A stretch of 64,000 nt of DNA, from contig OZ024747.1 of assembly GCA_964016885.1 (NCBI GenBank), forward strand, positions 35,278,001 to 35,342,000, read 5' to 3'. Below the pieces are notes generated by a model. That model made no database searches. It was not told the origin of the DNA and worked only from the letters and a program-made list of their open reading frames with translations. The stretch comes from Eledone cirrhosa (Eukaryota). How positions within the stretch are numbered: the stretch's first letter is position 1; the number at the start of each line of letters is the position of its first letter. Both the position numbers and the translations under genes were made by a program. This document shows, piece by piece, positions 15,001-28,970 of the stretch.

Positions 15001-18000
15001 AATGTCTTTACTCCAGTATCACTGTTACTGCAACACAAATAAACTAATGTCTTTACTCCAGTATCACTGATACTGCAACACAAATAAACTAATGGCTTTA
15101 CTCCAGTATCACTGTTACTGCAACACAAATAAACTAATGTCTTTACTCCAGTATCACTGTTAATACAACACAAATAAACTAATGTCTTTACTCCAGTATT
15201 ACTGTTACTGCAACACAAATAAACTAATGTCTTTGCTCCAGTATCACTATTACTAAAACACAAATAAACTAATGTATTTGCTCCAGTATCACTGTGACTG
15301 CAACACAAATAATCTAATGTCTTTACTCCAGTATTACTGTTACTGCAACACAAATAAACTAATGTCTTTGCTCCAGTATCACTGTTACTGCAACACAAAT
15401 AAATTAATGTCTTTGCTCCAGTATCACTATTACTGCAACACAAATAAACTAATGTTTTTGCTCCAGTATCACTGTTACTGCAACACAAATAAATTAATGT
15501 CTTTCCTCCAGTATCACTGTTACTGCAGCACAAATAAACTAATGTCTTTACTCCAGTATCACTGTTACTGCAACAAAAATAAACTCATGTCTTTACTCCA
15601 GTATAACTGTTACTGCAACACAAATAAACTAATGTCTTTACTCCAGTATCACTGTTACTGCAACACAAATAAACTAATGTATTTACTCCAGTATCACTGT
15701 TACTGCAACAAAAATAAACTCATGTCTTTACTCCAGTATCACTGTTACTGCAACACAAATAAACTAATGTCTTTGCTCCAGTATCACTATTACTAAAACA
15801 CAAATAAACTAATGTCATTGCTCCAGTATCACTGTTACTGCAACACAAATAAACTAATGTCTTTACTCCAGTATCACTATTACTAAAACACAAATAAACT
15901 AATGTCATTGCTCCAGTATCACTGTTACTGCAACACAAATAAGCTAATGTCTTTACTCCAGTATCACTGTTACTGCAACACAAATAAACTAATTTCTTTA
16001 CTCCAGTATCACTGTTTCTGCAACATAAATAAACTAATGTCTTTACTCCAGTATCACTGTTACTGCAACACAAATAAACTAATGTCGTTGCTCCAGTATC
16101 ACTGTTACTGAAACACAAATAAACTAATGTCTTTGCTCCAGTATCACTGTTACTGCAACACAAATAAACTAATGTCTTTACTCCAGTATCACTATTACTA
16201 AAACACAAATAAACTAATGTCTTTGCTCCAGTATCACTATTACTGCAACACAAATATACTAATGTCTTTACTCCAGTATCACTGTTACTGCAACCCAAAT
16301 AAACTAATGTCTTTACTCCAGTATCACTGTTACTGCAGCACAAATAAACTAATGTCTTTACTCCAGTATCACAGTTACTGCAGCACAAATAAACTAATGT
16401 CTTTACTCCAGTATCATTGTTACTGCAACACAAATAAACTAATGTCTTTGCTCCTGTATCACTGTTACTGCAACACAAATAAACTAATGTCTTTGTTCCA
16501 GTATCACTATTACTGCAACACAAATAAACTAAGGTATTTGCTCCAGTATCACTGGTACTGCAGCACAAATAAACTAATGTCTTTACTCCAGTGTCACTGT
16601 TACTGCAACACAAATAAACTAATGTCTTTACTCCAGTATCACTGCCACTGCAACACAAATAAAGTAATGTCTTTACTCCAGTATCGCTGTTACTACAGCA
16701 CAAATAAACTAATGTCTTTACTCCAGTATCACTATTACTGCAACACAAATAAACTAATGTCTTTGCTCCAGTATCACTGTTACTGCAGCACGAATAAACC
16801 AATGTATTTACTCCAGTATCACTATTAATAAAACACAAATAAACTAATGTTTTTGCTCCAGTATCACTGTTACTGCAGCACGAATAAACTAATGTATTTA
16901 CTCCAGTATCACTATTACGGCAACACAAATAAACTAAGGTCTTTGCTGCAGTATCACTGTTACTGCAGCACAAATAATCTAATGTCTTTACTCCAGTATG
17001 ACTGTTACTGCAACACAAATAAACTAATGTCTTTACTCCAGTATCACTATTACTGCAACACAAATAAACTAATGTCATTGCTCCAGTATTACTATTACTG
17101 CAACACAAATAAACTAATGTCTTTGCTCCAGGATCACTATTACTAAAACACAAATAAACTAATGTATTTGCTCCAGTATCACTGTTACTGCAACACAAAT
17201 AAATTAATGTCTTTCCTCCAGTATCACTGTTACTGCAGCACAAATAAACTAATGTCTTTACTCCAGTATCACTGTTACTGCAACACAAATAAACTAATGT
17301 CTTTACTCCAGTATCACTGTTACTGCAACACAAATAAACTAATGTCTTTGCTCCAGTATCACTATTACTAAAACACAAATAAACTAATGTCATTGCTCCA
17401 GTATCACTGTTATTGCAACACAAATAAACTAATGTCTTTACTCCAGTATCACTGTTACTGCAACATAAATAAACTAATGTCTTTACTCCAGTATCACTGT
17501 TACTGCAACACAAATAGACTAATGTCATTGCTCCAGTATCACTGTTACTGAAACACAAATAAACTAAAGTCTTTGCTCCAGTATCACTGTTACTGCAACA
17601 CAAATAAACTAATGTCTTTACTCCAGTATCACTATTACTAAAACACAGATAAACTAACGTCAATGCTCCAGTATCACTATTACTGCAACACAAATATACT
17701 AATGTCTTTACTCGAGTATCACTGTTACTGCAACACAAATAAACTAATGTCTTTACTCCAGTATCACTGTTACTGCAGCACAAATAAACTAATGTCTTTA
17801 CTCCAGTATCACAGTTACTGCAGCACAAAAAATCTAATGTCTTTACTCCAGTGTCACTGTTACTGCAACACAAATAAACTAATGTCTTTACTCCAGTATC
17901 ACTGCCACTGCAACACAAATAAACTAATGTCTTTACTCCAGTATCGCTGTTACTGCAGCACAAATAACCTAATGTCTTTACTCCAGTATCACTATTACTG

Positions 18001-21000
18001 CAACACAAATAAACTAATGTCTTTGCTCCAGTATCACTGTTACTGCAGCACGAATAAACTAATGTATTTACTCCAGTATCACTATTACTAAAACACAAAT
18101 AAACCAATGTCTTTGCTCCAGTATCACTGTTACTGCAGCACAAATAAACTAATGTCTTTACTCCAGTATCACTCTTACTGCAGCACAAATAAACTAATGT
18201 CTTTACTCCAGTATCACTGTTATTGCAACTAAATAATCTAATGTCTTTACTCCAGTATCACTGTTACTGCAACACAAATTAACTAATGTCTTTGCTCCAG
18301 TATCACTATTACTAAAACACAAATAAACTAATGTATTTGCTCCAGTATCACTGTTACTGCAACACAAATAAACTAATGTCTTTACTCCAGTATCACTGTT
18401 ACTGCAACACAAATAAACTAATGTCTTTGCTCCAGTATCACTATTACTAAAACACAAATAAACTAATGTATTTGCTCCAGTATCACTGTTACTGCAACAC
18501 AAATAAACTAATGTCTTTACTCCAGTATCACTGTTACTGCAACACAAATAAACTAATGTCTTTGCTCCAGTATCACTATTACTAAAACACAAATAAACTA
18601 ATGTATTTGCTCCAGTATCACTGTTACTGCAACACAAATAATTTAATGTCTTTCCTCCAGTATCACTGTTACTGCAGCACAAATAAACTAATGTCTTTAC
18701 TCCAGTATCACTATTACTGCAACACAAATAAACTAATGTCTTTGCTCCAGTATCACTGTTACTGCAGCACGAATAAACTAATGTATTTACTCCAGTATCA
18801 CTATTACTAAAACACAAATAAACCAATGTCTTTGCTCCAGTATCACTGTTACTGCAGCACAAATAAACTAATGTCTTTACTCCAGTATCACTCTTACTGC
18901 AGCACAAATAAACTAATGTCTTTACTCCAGTATCACTGTTATTGCAACTAAATAATCTAATGTCTTTACTCCAGTATCACTGTTACTGCAACACAAATTA
19001 ACTAATGTATTTGCTCCAGTATCACTATTACAAAAACACAAATAAACTAATGTATTTGCTCCAGTATCACTGTTACTGCCACACAAATAAACTAATGTCT
19101 TTACTCCAGTATCACTATTACTGCAACACAAATAAACTAATGTCATTGCTCCAGTATTACTATTACTGCAACACAAATAAACTAATGTCTTTGCTCCAGT
19201 ATCACTATCACTGCAACACAAATAATCTAATGTCATTGCTCCAGTATTACTATTACTGCAACACAAATAAACTAATGTCTTTGCTCCAGTATCACTGTTA
19301 CTGCAACACAAATAAATTAATGTCTTTGCTCCAGTATCACTATTACTGCAACACAAATAAACTAATGTCTTTGCTCCAGTATCACTATTACTGCAACACA
19401 GAATAAACTAATGTCATTGCTCCAATATTACTATTACTGCAACACAAATAAACTAATGTCTTTACTCCAGTATCACTATTACTGCAACTCAAATAAACTA
19501 ATGTCTTTACTCCAGTATCACTGTTACTGCAACACAAATAAACTAATGTCTTTACTCCAGTATCACTGTTACTGCAACACAAATAAACTAATGTCTTTAC
19601 TCCAGTATCACTGTTACTGCAACACAAATAAACTAATGTCTTTGCTCCAGTATCACTATTACTAAAACACAAATAAACTAATGTATTTGCTCCAGTATCA
19701 CTGTTACTGCAACACAAATAAACTAATGTCTTTACTCCAGTATCACTGTTACTGCAACACAAATAAACTAATGTCTTTGCTCCAGTATCACTGTTACTGC
19801 AACACAAATAAACTAATGTCTTTACTCCAGTATCACTGTTACTGCAACACAAATAAACTAATGTCTTTGTTCCAGTATCACTATTACTAAAACACAAATA
19901 AACTAATGTCATTGCTCCAGTATCACTGTTACTGCAACACAAATAAACTAATGTCTTTACTCCAGTATCACTGTTACTGCAACACGAATAAACTAATGTC
20001 TTTGCTCCAGTATCACTATTACTGCAACACAAATAAACTAATGTCATTACTCCAGTATCACTGTTACTGCAGCACAAATAAATTAATGTCTTTCCTCCAG
20101 TATCACTGTTACTGCAGCACAAATAAACTAATGTCTTTACTCCAGTATCACTGTTACTGCAACACAAATAAACTAATGTCTTTACTCCAGTATCACTGTT
20201 ACTGCAACACAAATAAACTAATGCCTTTGCTCCAGTATCACTATTACTAAAACACAAATAAATTAATGTCATTGCTCCTGTATCACTATTACTGCAACAC
20301 AAATAAACTAATGTCTTTACTCCAGTATCACTGTTACTGCAACATAAATAATCTAATGTCTTTACTCCAGTATCACTGTTACTGCAACACAAATAAACTA
20401 ATGTCATTGCTCCAGTATCACTGTTACTGAAACACAAATAAACTAAAGTCTTTGCTCCAGTATCACTGTTACTGCAACACAAATAAACTAATGTCTTTAC
20501 TCCAGTATCACTATTACTAAAACACAAATAAACTAATGTCATTGCTCCAGTATCAATATTACTACAACACAAATATACTAATGTCTTTACTCGAGTATCA
20601 CTGTTACTGCAACACAAATAAACTAATGTCTTTACTCCAGTATCACTGTTACTGCAGCACAAATAAACTAATGTCTTTACTCCAGTATCACAGTTACTGC
20701 AGCACAAATAAACTAATGTCTTTACTCCAGTATCACTGTTATTGCAACACAAATAATCTAATGTCTTTACTCCAGTATTACTATTACTGCAACACAAATA
20801 AACTAATGTCATTGCTCCAGTATTACTATTACTGCAACACAAATAAACTAATGTATTTGCTCCAGTATCACTATTACTGCAACACAAATAATCTAATGTC
20901 ATTGCTCCAGTATTACTATTACTGCAACACAAATAAACTAATGTCTTTGCTCCAGTATCACTGTTACTGCAACACAAATAAATTAATGTCTTTGCTCCAG

Positions 21001-24000
21001 TATCACTATTACTGCAACACAAATAAACTAATGTATTTGCTCCAGTATCACTGTTACTGCAACACAAATAAACTAATGTCTTTACTCCAGTATCACTGTT
21101 ACTGCAACACAAATAAACTAATGTCTTTGCTCCAGTATCACTATTACTGCAACACAAATTAACTAATGTCTTTGCTCCAGTATCACTATTACTAAAACAC
21201 AAATAAACTAATGTATTTGCTCCAGTATCACTGTTACTGCCACACAAATAAACTAATGTCTTTACTCCAGTATCACTATTACTGCAACACAAATAAACTA
21301 ATGTCTTTACTCAAGTATCACTGTTACTGCAACACAAATAAACTAATGTCTTTACTCCAGTATCACTGTTACTGCAACACAAATAAACTAATGTCTTTAC
21401 TCCAGTATCACTGTTACTGCAACACAAATAAACTAATGTCTTTACTCCAGTATCACTGTTACTGCAACACAAATAAACTAATGTCTTTGCTCCAGTATCA
21501 CTATTACTAAAACACAAATAAACTAATGTATTTGCTCCAGTATCACTGTTACTGCAACACAAATAAACTAATGTCTTTACTCCAGTATCACTGTTACTGC
21601 AACACAAATAAACTAATGTCTTTGCTCCAGTATCACTATTACTAAAACACAAATAAACTAATGTATTTGCTCCAGTATCACTGTTACTGCAACACAAATA
21701 AATTAATGTCTTTCATCCAGTATCACTGTTACTGCAGCACAAATAAACTAATGTCTTTACTCCAGTATCACTGTTACTGCAACACAAATAAACTAATGTC
21801 TTTACTCCAGTATCACTGTTACTGCAACACAAATAAACTAATGTCTTTGCTCCAGTATCACTATTACTAAAACACAAATAAACTAATGTCATTGCTCCAG
21901 TATCACTGTTATTGCAACACAAATAAACCAATGTCTTTACTCCAGTATCACTGTTACTGCAACATAAATAAACTAATGTCTTTACTCCAGTATCACTGTT
22001 ACTGCAACACAAATAAACTAATGTCATTGCTCCAGTATCACTGTTACTGAAACACAAATAAACTAAAGTCTTTGCTCCAGTATCACTGTTACTGCAACAC
22101 AAATATACTAATGTCTTTACTCCAGTATCACTGTTACTGCAACACAAATAAACTAATGTCTTTACTCCAGTATCACTGTTACTGCAGCACAAATAAACTA
22201 ATGTCTTTACTCCAGTATCACAGTTACTGCAGCACAAATAAACTAATGTCTTTACTCCAGTGTCAATGTTACTGCAACACAAATAAACTAATGTCTTTAC
22301 TCCAGTATCACTGTTACTGCAGCACAAATAAACTAATGTCTTTACTCCAGTATCACAGTTACTGCAGCACAAATAAACTAATGCCTTTACTCCAGTATCA
22401 CAGTTACTGCAGCACAAATAAACTAATGTCTTTGCTCCAGTATCACTGTTACTGCAACACAAATAAACTAATGTCTTTACTCCAGTATCACAGTTACTGC
22501 AGCACAAATAAACTAATGTCTTTACTCTAGTGTCACTGTTACTGCAACACAAATAAACTAATGTCTTTACTCCAGTATCACTGTTACTGCAGCACAAATA
22601 AACTAATGTCTTTACTCCAGTATCACAGTTACTGCAGCACAAATAAACTAATGTCTTTACTCCAGTATCACAGTTACTGCAGCACAAATAAACTAATGTC
22701 TTTGCTCCAGTATCACTGTTACTGCAACACAAATAAACTAATGTCTTTACTCCAGTATCACAGTTACTGCAGCACAAATAAACTAATGTCTTTACTCCAG
22801 TATCACAGTTACTGCAGCACAAATAAACTAATGTCTTTGCTCCAGTATCACTGTTACTGCAGCACAAATAAACTAATGTCTTTACTCCAGTATCACAGTT
22901 ACTGCAGCACAAATAAACTAATGTCTTTACTCCAGTATCACAGTTACTGCAGCACAAATAAACTAATGTCTTTGCTCCAGTATCACTGTTACTGCAACAC
23001 AAATAAACTAATGTCTTTACTCCAGTATCACTGTTACTGCAACACAAATAAACTAATGTCTTTACTCCAGTATCACTGTTACTGCAACACAAATAAACTA
23101 ATGTCTTTGCTCCAGTATCACTATTACTAAAACACAAATAAACTAATGTATTTGCTCCAGTATCACTGTTACTGCAACACAAATAAACTAATGTCTTTAC
23201 TCCAGTATCACTGTTACTGCAACACAAATAAACTAATGTCTTTGCTCCAGTATCACTATTACTAAAACACAAATAAACTAATGTATTTGCTCCAGTATCA
23301 CTGTTACTGCAACACAAATAAATTAATGTCTTTCCTCCAGTATCACTGTTACTGCAGCACAAATAAACTAATGTCTTTACTCCAGTATCACTGTTACTGC
23401 AACACAAATAAACTAATGTCTTTACTCCAGTATCACTGTTACTGCAACACAAATAAACTAATGTCTTTGCTCCAGTATCACTATTACTAAAACACAAATA
23501 AACTAATGTCATTGCTCCAGTATCACTGTTATTGCAACACAAATAAACTAATGTCTTTACTCCAGTATCACTGTTACTGCAACATAAATAAACTAATGTC
23601 TTTACTCCAGTATCACTGTTACTGCAACACAAATAAACTAATGCCATTGCTCCAGTATCACTGTTACTGAAACACAAATAAACTAAAGTCTTTGCTCCAG
23701 TATCACTGTTACTGCAACACAAATATACTAATGTCTTTACTCCAGTATCACTGTTACTGCAACACAAATAAACTAATGTCTTTACTCCAGTATCACTGTT
23801 ACTGCAGCACAAATAAACTAATGTCTTTACTCCAGTATCACAGTTACTGCAGCACAAATAAACTAATGTCTTTACTCCAGTGTCACTGTTACTGCAACAC
23901 AAATAAACTAATGTCTTTACTCCAGTATCACTGTTACTGCAGCACAAATAAACTAATGTCTTTACTCCAGTATCACAGTTACTGCAGCACAAATACACTA

Positions 24001-26292
24001 ATGTCTTTACTCCAGTATCACAGTTACTGCAGCACAAATAAACTAATGTCTTTGCTCCAGTATCACTGTTACTGCAACACAAATAAACTAATGCCTTTAC
24101 TCCAGTATCACAGTTACTGCAGCACAAATAAACTAATGTCTTTACTCCAGTGTCACTGTTACTGCAACACAAATAAACTAATGTCTTTACTCCAGTATCA
24201 CTGTTACTGCAGCACAAATAAACTAATGTCTTTACTCCAGTATCACAGTTACTGCAGCACAAATAAACTAATGTCTTTACTCCAGTATCACAGTTACTGC
24301 AGCACAAATAAACTAATGTCTTTGCTCCAGTATCACTGTTACTGCAACACAAATAAACTAATGTCTTTACTCCAGTATCACAGTTACTGCAGCACAAATA
24401 AACTAATGTCTTTACTCCAGTATCACAGTTACTGCAGCACAAATAAACTAATGTCTTTGCTCCAGTATCACTGTTACTGCAGCACAAATAAACTAATGTC
24501 TTTACTCCAGTATCACAGTTACTGCAGCACAAATAAACTAATGTCTTTACTCCAGTATCACAGTTACTGCAGCACAAATAAACTAATGTCTTTACTCCAG
24601 TATCACTGTTACTGCAACACAAATAAACTAATGTCTTTACTCCAGTATCACTGTTACTGCAACACAAATAAAATAATGCCTTTGCTCCAGTATCACTATT
24701 ACTAAAACGCAAATAAATTAATGTCATTGCTCCAGTATCACTGTTATTGCAACACAAATAAACTAATGTCTTTACCCCAGTATCACTGTTACTGCAACAT
24801 AAATAATCTAATGTCTTTACTCCAGTATCACTGTTACTGCAACACAAATAATCTAATGTCGTTGCTCCAGTATCACTGTTACAGCAACACAAATAAACTA
24901 ATGTCTTTACTCCAGTATCACTGTTACTGCAACACAAATAAACTAAAGTCTTTGCTCCAGTATCACTGTTACTGCAACACAAATAAACTAATGTCTTTGC
25001 TCCAGTATTACTGTTACTGCAACACAAATAATCTAATGTCTTTACTCCAGTATCACTGTTACTGCAACACAAATAAACTAATGTCTTTGCTCCAGTATCA
25101 CTGTTACTGCAACACAAATAAACTAAAGTCTTTGCTCCAGTATCACTGTTACTGCAACACAAATAAACTAATGTCTTTACTCCAGTATCACTGTTACTGC
25201 AACACAAATAAACTAAAGTCTTTGCTCCAGTATCACTGTTACTGCAACACAAATAAACTAAAGTCTTTGCTCCAGTATCACTGTTACTGCAACACAAATA
25301 AACTAATGTCTTTACTCCAGTACCACTATTACTAAAACACAAATAAACTAATGTCATTGCTCCAGTATCACTATTACTGCAACACAAATATACTAATGTC
25401 TTTACTCCAGTATCACTGTTACTGGAACACAAATAAACTAATGTATTTACTCCAGTATCACTGTTACTGCAACACAAATAAACTAATGGCTTTGCCCCAG
25501 TATCACTATTACTGCAACACAAATAAACTAATGTCATTGCTCCAGTATTACTGTTACTGCAACACAAATAAACTAATGTCTTTGCTCCAGTATCACTATT
25601 ACTGCAACACAAATAAACTAATGTCATTGCTCCAGTATCACTGTTACTGCAACACAAATAAACTAATGCCTTTACTCCAGTATCACTGTTACTGCAGCAC
25701 AAATAAACTAAAGTCTTTGCTCCAGTATCACTGTTACTGCAACACAAATAAACTAATGTCTTTACTCCAGTATCACTATTACTAAAACACAAATAAACTA
25801 ATGTCATTGCTCCAGTATCACTATTACTGCAACACAAATATACTAATGTCTTTACTCCAGTATCACTGTTGCTGCAACACAAATAAACTAATGTCTTTAC
25901 TCCAGTGTCACTGTTACTGCAACACAAATAAACTAATGGCTTTGCCCCAGTATCACTATTACTGCAACACAAATAAACTAATGTCATTGCTCCAGTATTA
26001 CTGTTACTGCAACACAAATAAACTAATGTCTTTACTCCAGTATCACTATTACTGCAACACAAATAAACTAATGTCATTGCTCCAGTATCACTGTTACTGC
26101 AACACAAATAAACTAAAGTCTTTACTCCAGTATCACTGTTACTGCAACACAAATAAACTAATGTCTTTGCTCCAGTATCACTATTACTGCAACACAAATA
26201 AACTAATGTCATTGCTCCAGTATCACTGTTACTGCAACACAAATAAACTAATGCCTTTACTCCAGTATCACTGTTACTGCAGCACAAATAAA
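1..26292. repeat. 45-bp tandem satellite/minisatellite array, ~580 units, running off the left edge of the window
   Basis: Consensus CTCCAGTATCACTGTTACTGCAACACAAATAAACTAATGTCTTTA repeats continuously with a few substitutions per unit and rare 1-2 bp indels (~1225, ~4598, ~7386, ~18229, ~18948, ~19401). It ends sharply at ...gcagcacaaataaa|tacattatg. Confidence 0.99.
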
Positions 26293-26387
26293 TACATTAT
26301 GAATCTAGAGCCACTGTTTAACAAAATGTCTTATTGAATAAGTGTAAAACATCATTATATTTACTATCATTATAGTTATCATTATCA

Positions 26388-26600
26388 GGGCGGTGGATTG
26401 GCAGTATCGGTAGAGGATCGGACGCCATGCTTCGCAGAGTTACGGCCCTTTATGGTCTGAGTTCAAATGCCGCCGAGGTTAACTTTGCCTTTCATCCTTA
26501 TGGGGTCGATAAAATAATGTACCAGTCACGCACTGGGGTCGATTTAATCGACTTTCCTCTCCCCCAAATGACTGGCCTTGTGCCAATATAAGAAACCATT
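26388..26600 (+). mobile_element. tRNA-derived SINE, long-3' subfamily (octopus-type)
   Basis: A-box-like TGGCAGTATCGG and B-box-like GAGTTCAAATGCC, followed by GCCGAGGTTAACTTTGCCTTTCATCCTT..GGGGTCGATAAAATAA.GTACCAGT, shared with 7 other copies in the window. Confidence 0.9.
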
Positions 26601-26923
26601 ATCATCATAATCATTTTCATAATCGTAATTTTCCTCATTAATGCAGATATTTCTGTTCCTATTATACTGTACAACTGGAGAATGTGTTTCATTAGGTTTC
26701 AAATAGATTGTTAGGTCCAAAAACGTGCATATATTTCAAACGATACTTATTGTAAAGCTGGTAATAGTGACTTTTCATTTAACCCCAATTATGCCAACTC
26801 ATTACATTTTGTACTTCCATATTCAGTTGGATTCTAATCTCAGCATTTACATGTAATCGCGTCATCAATGCTTTCTCACTAAATAATCATCAAATTATAT
26901 AAGTGTGCACACACATATATATA

Positions 26924-26961
<38 letters not shown>

Positions 26962-26966
26962 TATAA

Positions 26967-27003
<37 letters not shown>

Positions 27004-27058
27004 TTATATATATATATATATATATGTGTGTATAATATATATATATATAATATATATT

Positions 27059-27127
<69 letters not shown>

Positions 27128-27310
27128 CGAAGGAAAAGTGGTAAGGAACCAGGTGGACCATAACGCACCAAAGTACTCAATCCTTAGGGTAGTAGAGTGG
27201 GTAATAGGAGTAACTAAGACCCCGACGGCTGAGCTGAAGCCGTTTCGACGGCTAATAATGTACCGTCGAAACGGCTTGAGCTCAGCCGTCGGGGTCTTAC
27301 TTACTCCTAT
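27128..27310. mobile_element. PLE pLTR family A: head-to-head pair of truncated copies forming a hairpin, within (TA)n
   Basis: Arms 27204-27251 and 27263-27310 are reverse complements. The sequence matches the 3' end of the PLE at 30380-30510 and includes the HHR 3' half CGAAA-cggcttgagctcagccg-TC. Confidence 0.8.
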
Positions 27311-27333
27311 ATATATATATATATATATATATA

Positions 27334-27692
27334 TGCAAAAGTTTTATTTAAAATTGTTGGGTTACAACAAGTAAATATTTTATAACTGTTATAAAGCACT
27401 CGACAAGATTTTGGAGTAGATATACGATATTAAACAAATGGAAACTATATTTATAAAACCATATTTATTTCATTATACATATTTCGGGGATACCATATTA
27501 AAACCAGCTTCCTGCATAATGGTCGCTCATATTTATGGTACGTCAAAATTATTTATAAAACTGTTTATATATGGTATTTTATCTGACGAAGGCATGCCGT
27601 ATTTTTAATATGGTATCCCCGAAATATGTATAATGAAATAAATATGGTTTTATAAATATAGTTTCCATTTGTTTAATATCGTATATCTACTC

Positions 27693-27695
<3 letters not shown>
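27334..27695. mobile_element. PLE pLTR family B: inverted truncated copy (27334-27503) plus forward copy (27505-27695) with HHR
   Basis: Arms are reverse complements. CTGACGA at 27583, GAAA-tatgta-TA at 27621. Flanked by (TA)n. Confidence 0.8.
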
Positions 27696-27777
<82 letters not shown>

Positions 27778-27782
<5 letters not shown>

Positions 27783-28216
27783 GATATTAAATAAATGGAA
27801 ACTATATTTATAATACCATATTTATTTCGTTATACATATTTCAGGGATACCAAATTAAAATACGGTATGCCTTCATCAGACAAAATACAATATATAAACA
27901 GTTTTATAAATAATATTGACGTACCCTATTAGATGCAACCATTATTTTTGGAAGCTTCCAAAAATAATGGTTGCATCTAATAGGGTACGTCAATATTATT
28001 TATAAAACTGTTTATATATTGTATTTTGTCTGATGAAGGCATACCGTATTTTAATTTGGTATCCCTGAATATGTATAACCAAATAAATATGGTTTTATAA
28101 ATATAGTTTCCATTTATTTAATATCGTATATCTACTCCAAAAACTTGTCGAGTGCTTTATATCAGTTATAAAATAATTACTTGTTGTATCCAACAATTTT
28201 AAATAGAACTTTTGCA
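27778..28216. mobile_element. PLE pLTR family B: near-perfect palindrome centred on GGAAGCTTCC (27951-27960)
   Basis: About 178-bp arms with no spacer. The minus arm has an intact HHR: gt-CTGATGA-stem II-GAAA-tatgta-TA-ac (27829-27880). Confidence 0.85.
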
Positions 28217-28238
28217 TATATATATATATATAATATAT

Positions 28239-28339
<101 letters not shown>

Positions 28340-28376
28340 CATATATATACATATATATTATATATATACACATATA

Positions 28377-28420
<44 letters not shown>

Positions 28421-28447
28421 TGTGTATATATATAATATATATGTATA

Positions 28448-28549
<102 letters not shown>

Positions 28550-28878
28550 TATATATATAATATATATATATATATAATATATATATATATATAATATATT
28601 GTATTTTGAAAATTCGGATGCCACAGTATCTTTCTTGATTGCCTATTTTAACATAGTGTAGCAATAATGGACTGAAATTCTGATGAAACAATTGTAACTA
28701 CGTGGATTAAATTCTTTTGTAATTGTTTACCTTCGTCCTATTTCTCTTCTTTGATTACACTCCTCGTTTGTTCGTGTTTCCACTACAGAGTCCCTACCAA
28801 CCTGTCGAGTCACCTTAACGTATGTTGAGAACTTTCCTCACAACTTGTTCTACCAAGCTTTGGAATACTCCTAATAAC

Positions 28879-28947
<69 letters not shown>

Positions 28948-28970
28948 TATATAATATATATATATATATA

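Noticed and set aside
1-26292. CRISPR array
   Set aside because: Units are contiguous with no unique spacers, there are no cas genes, and the context is eukaryotic.
383-26337. Plus-strand MSLLQYHCYCNTNKL ORFs as zinc-finger-like genes
   Set aside because: They are a translation of the satellite, frequently broken by the common actaaaacac (TAA) variant.
26388-26475. tRNA gene
   Set aside because: Only A/B boxes of a SINE head; no cloverleaf.
28676-28700. CTGATGAAACAATTGTA as a complete HHR
   Set aside because: CTGATGA and GAAA overlap with no stem II. It is likely only the 3' half of a truncated pLTR ribozyme.
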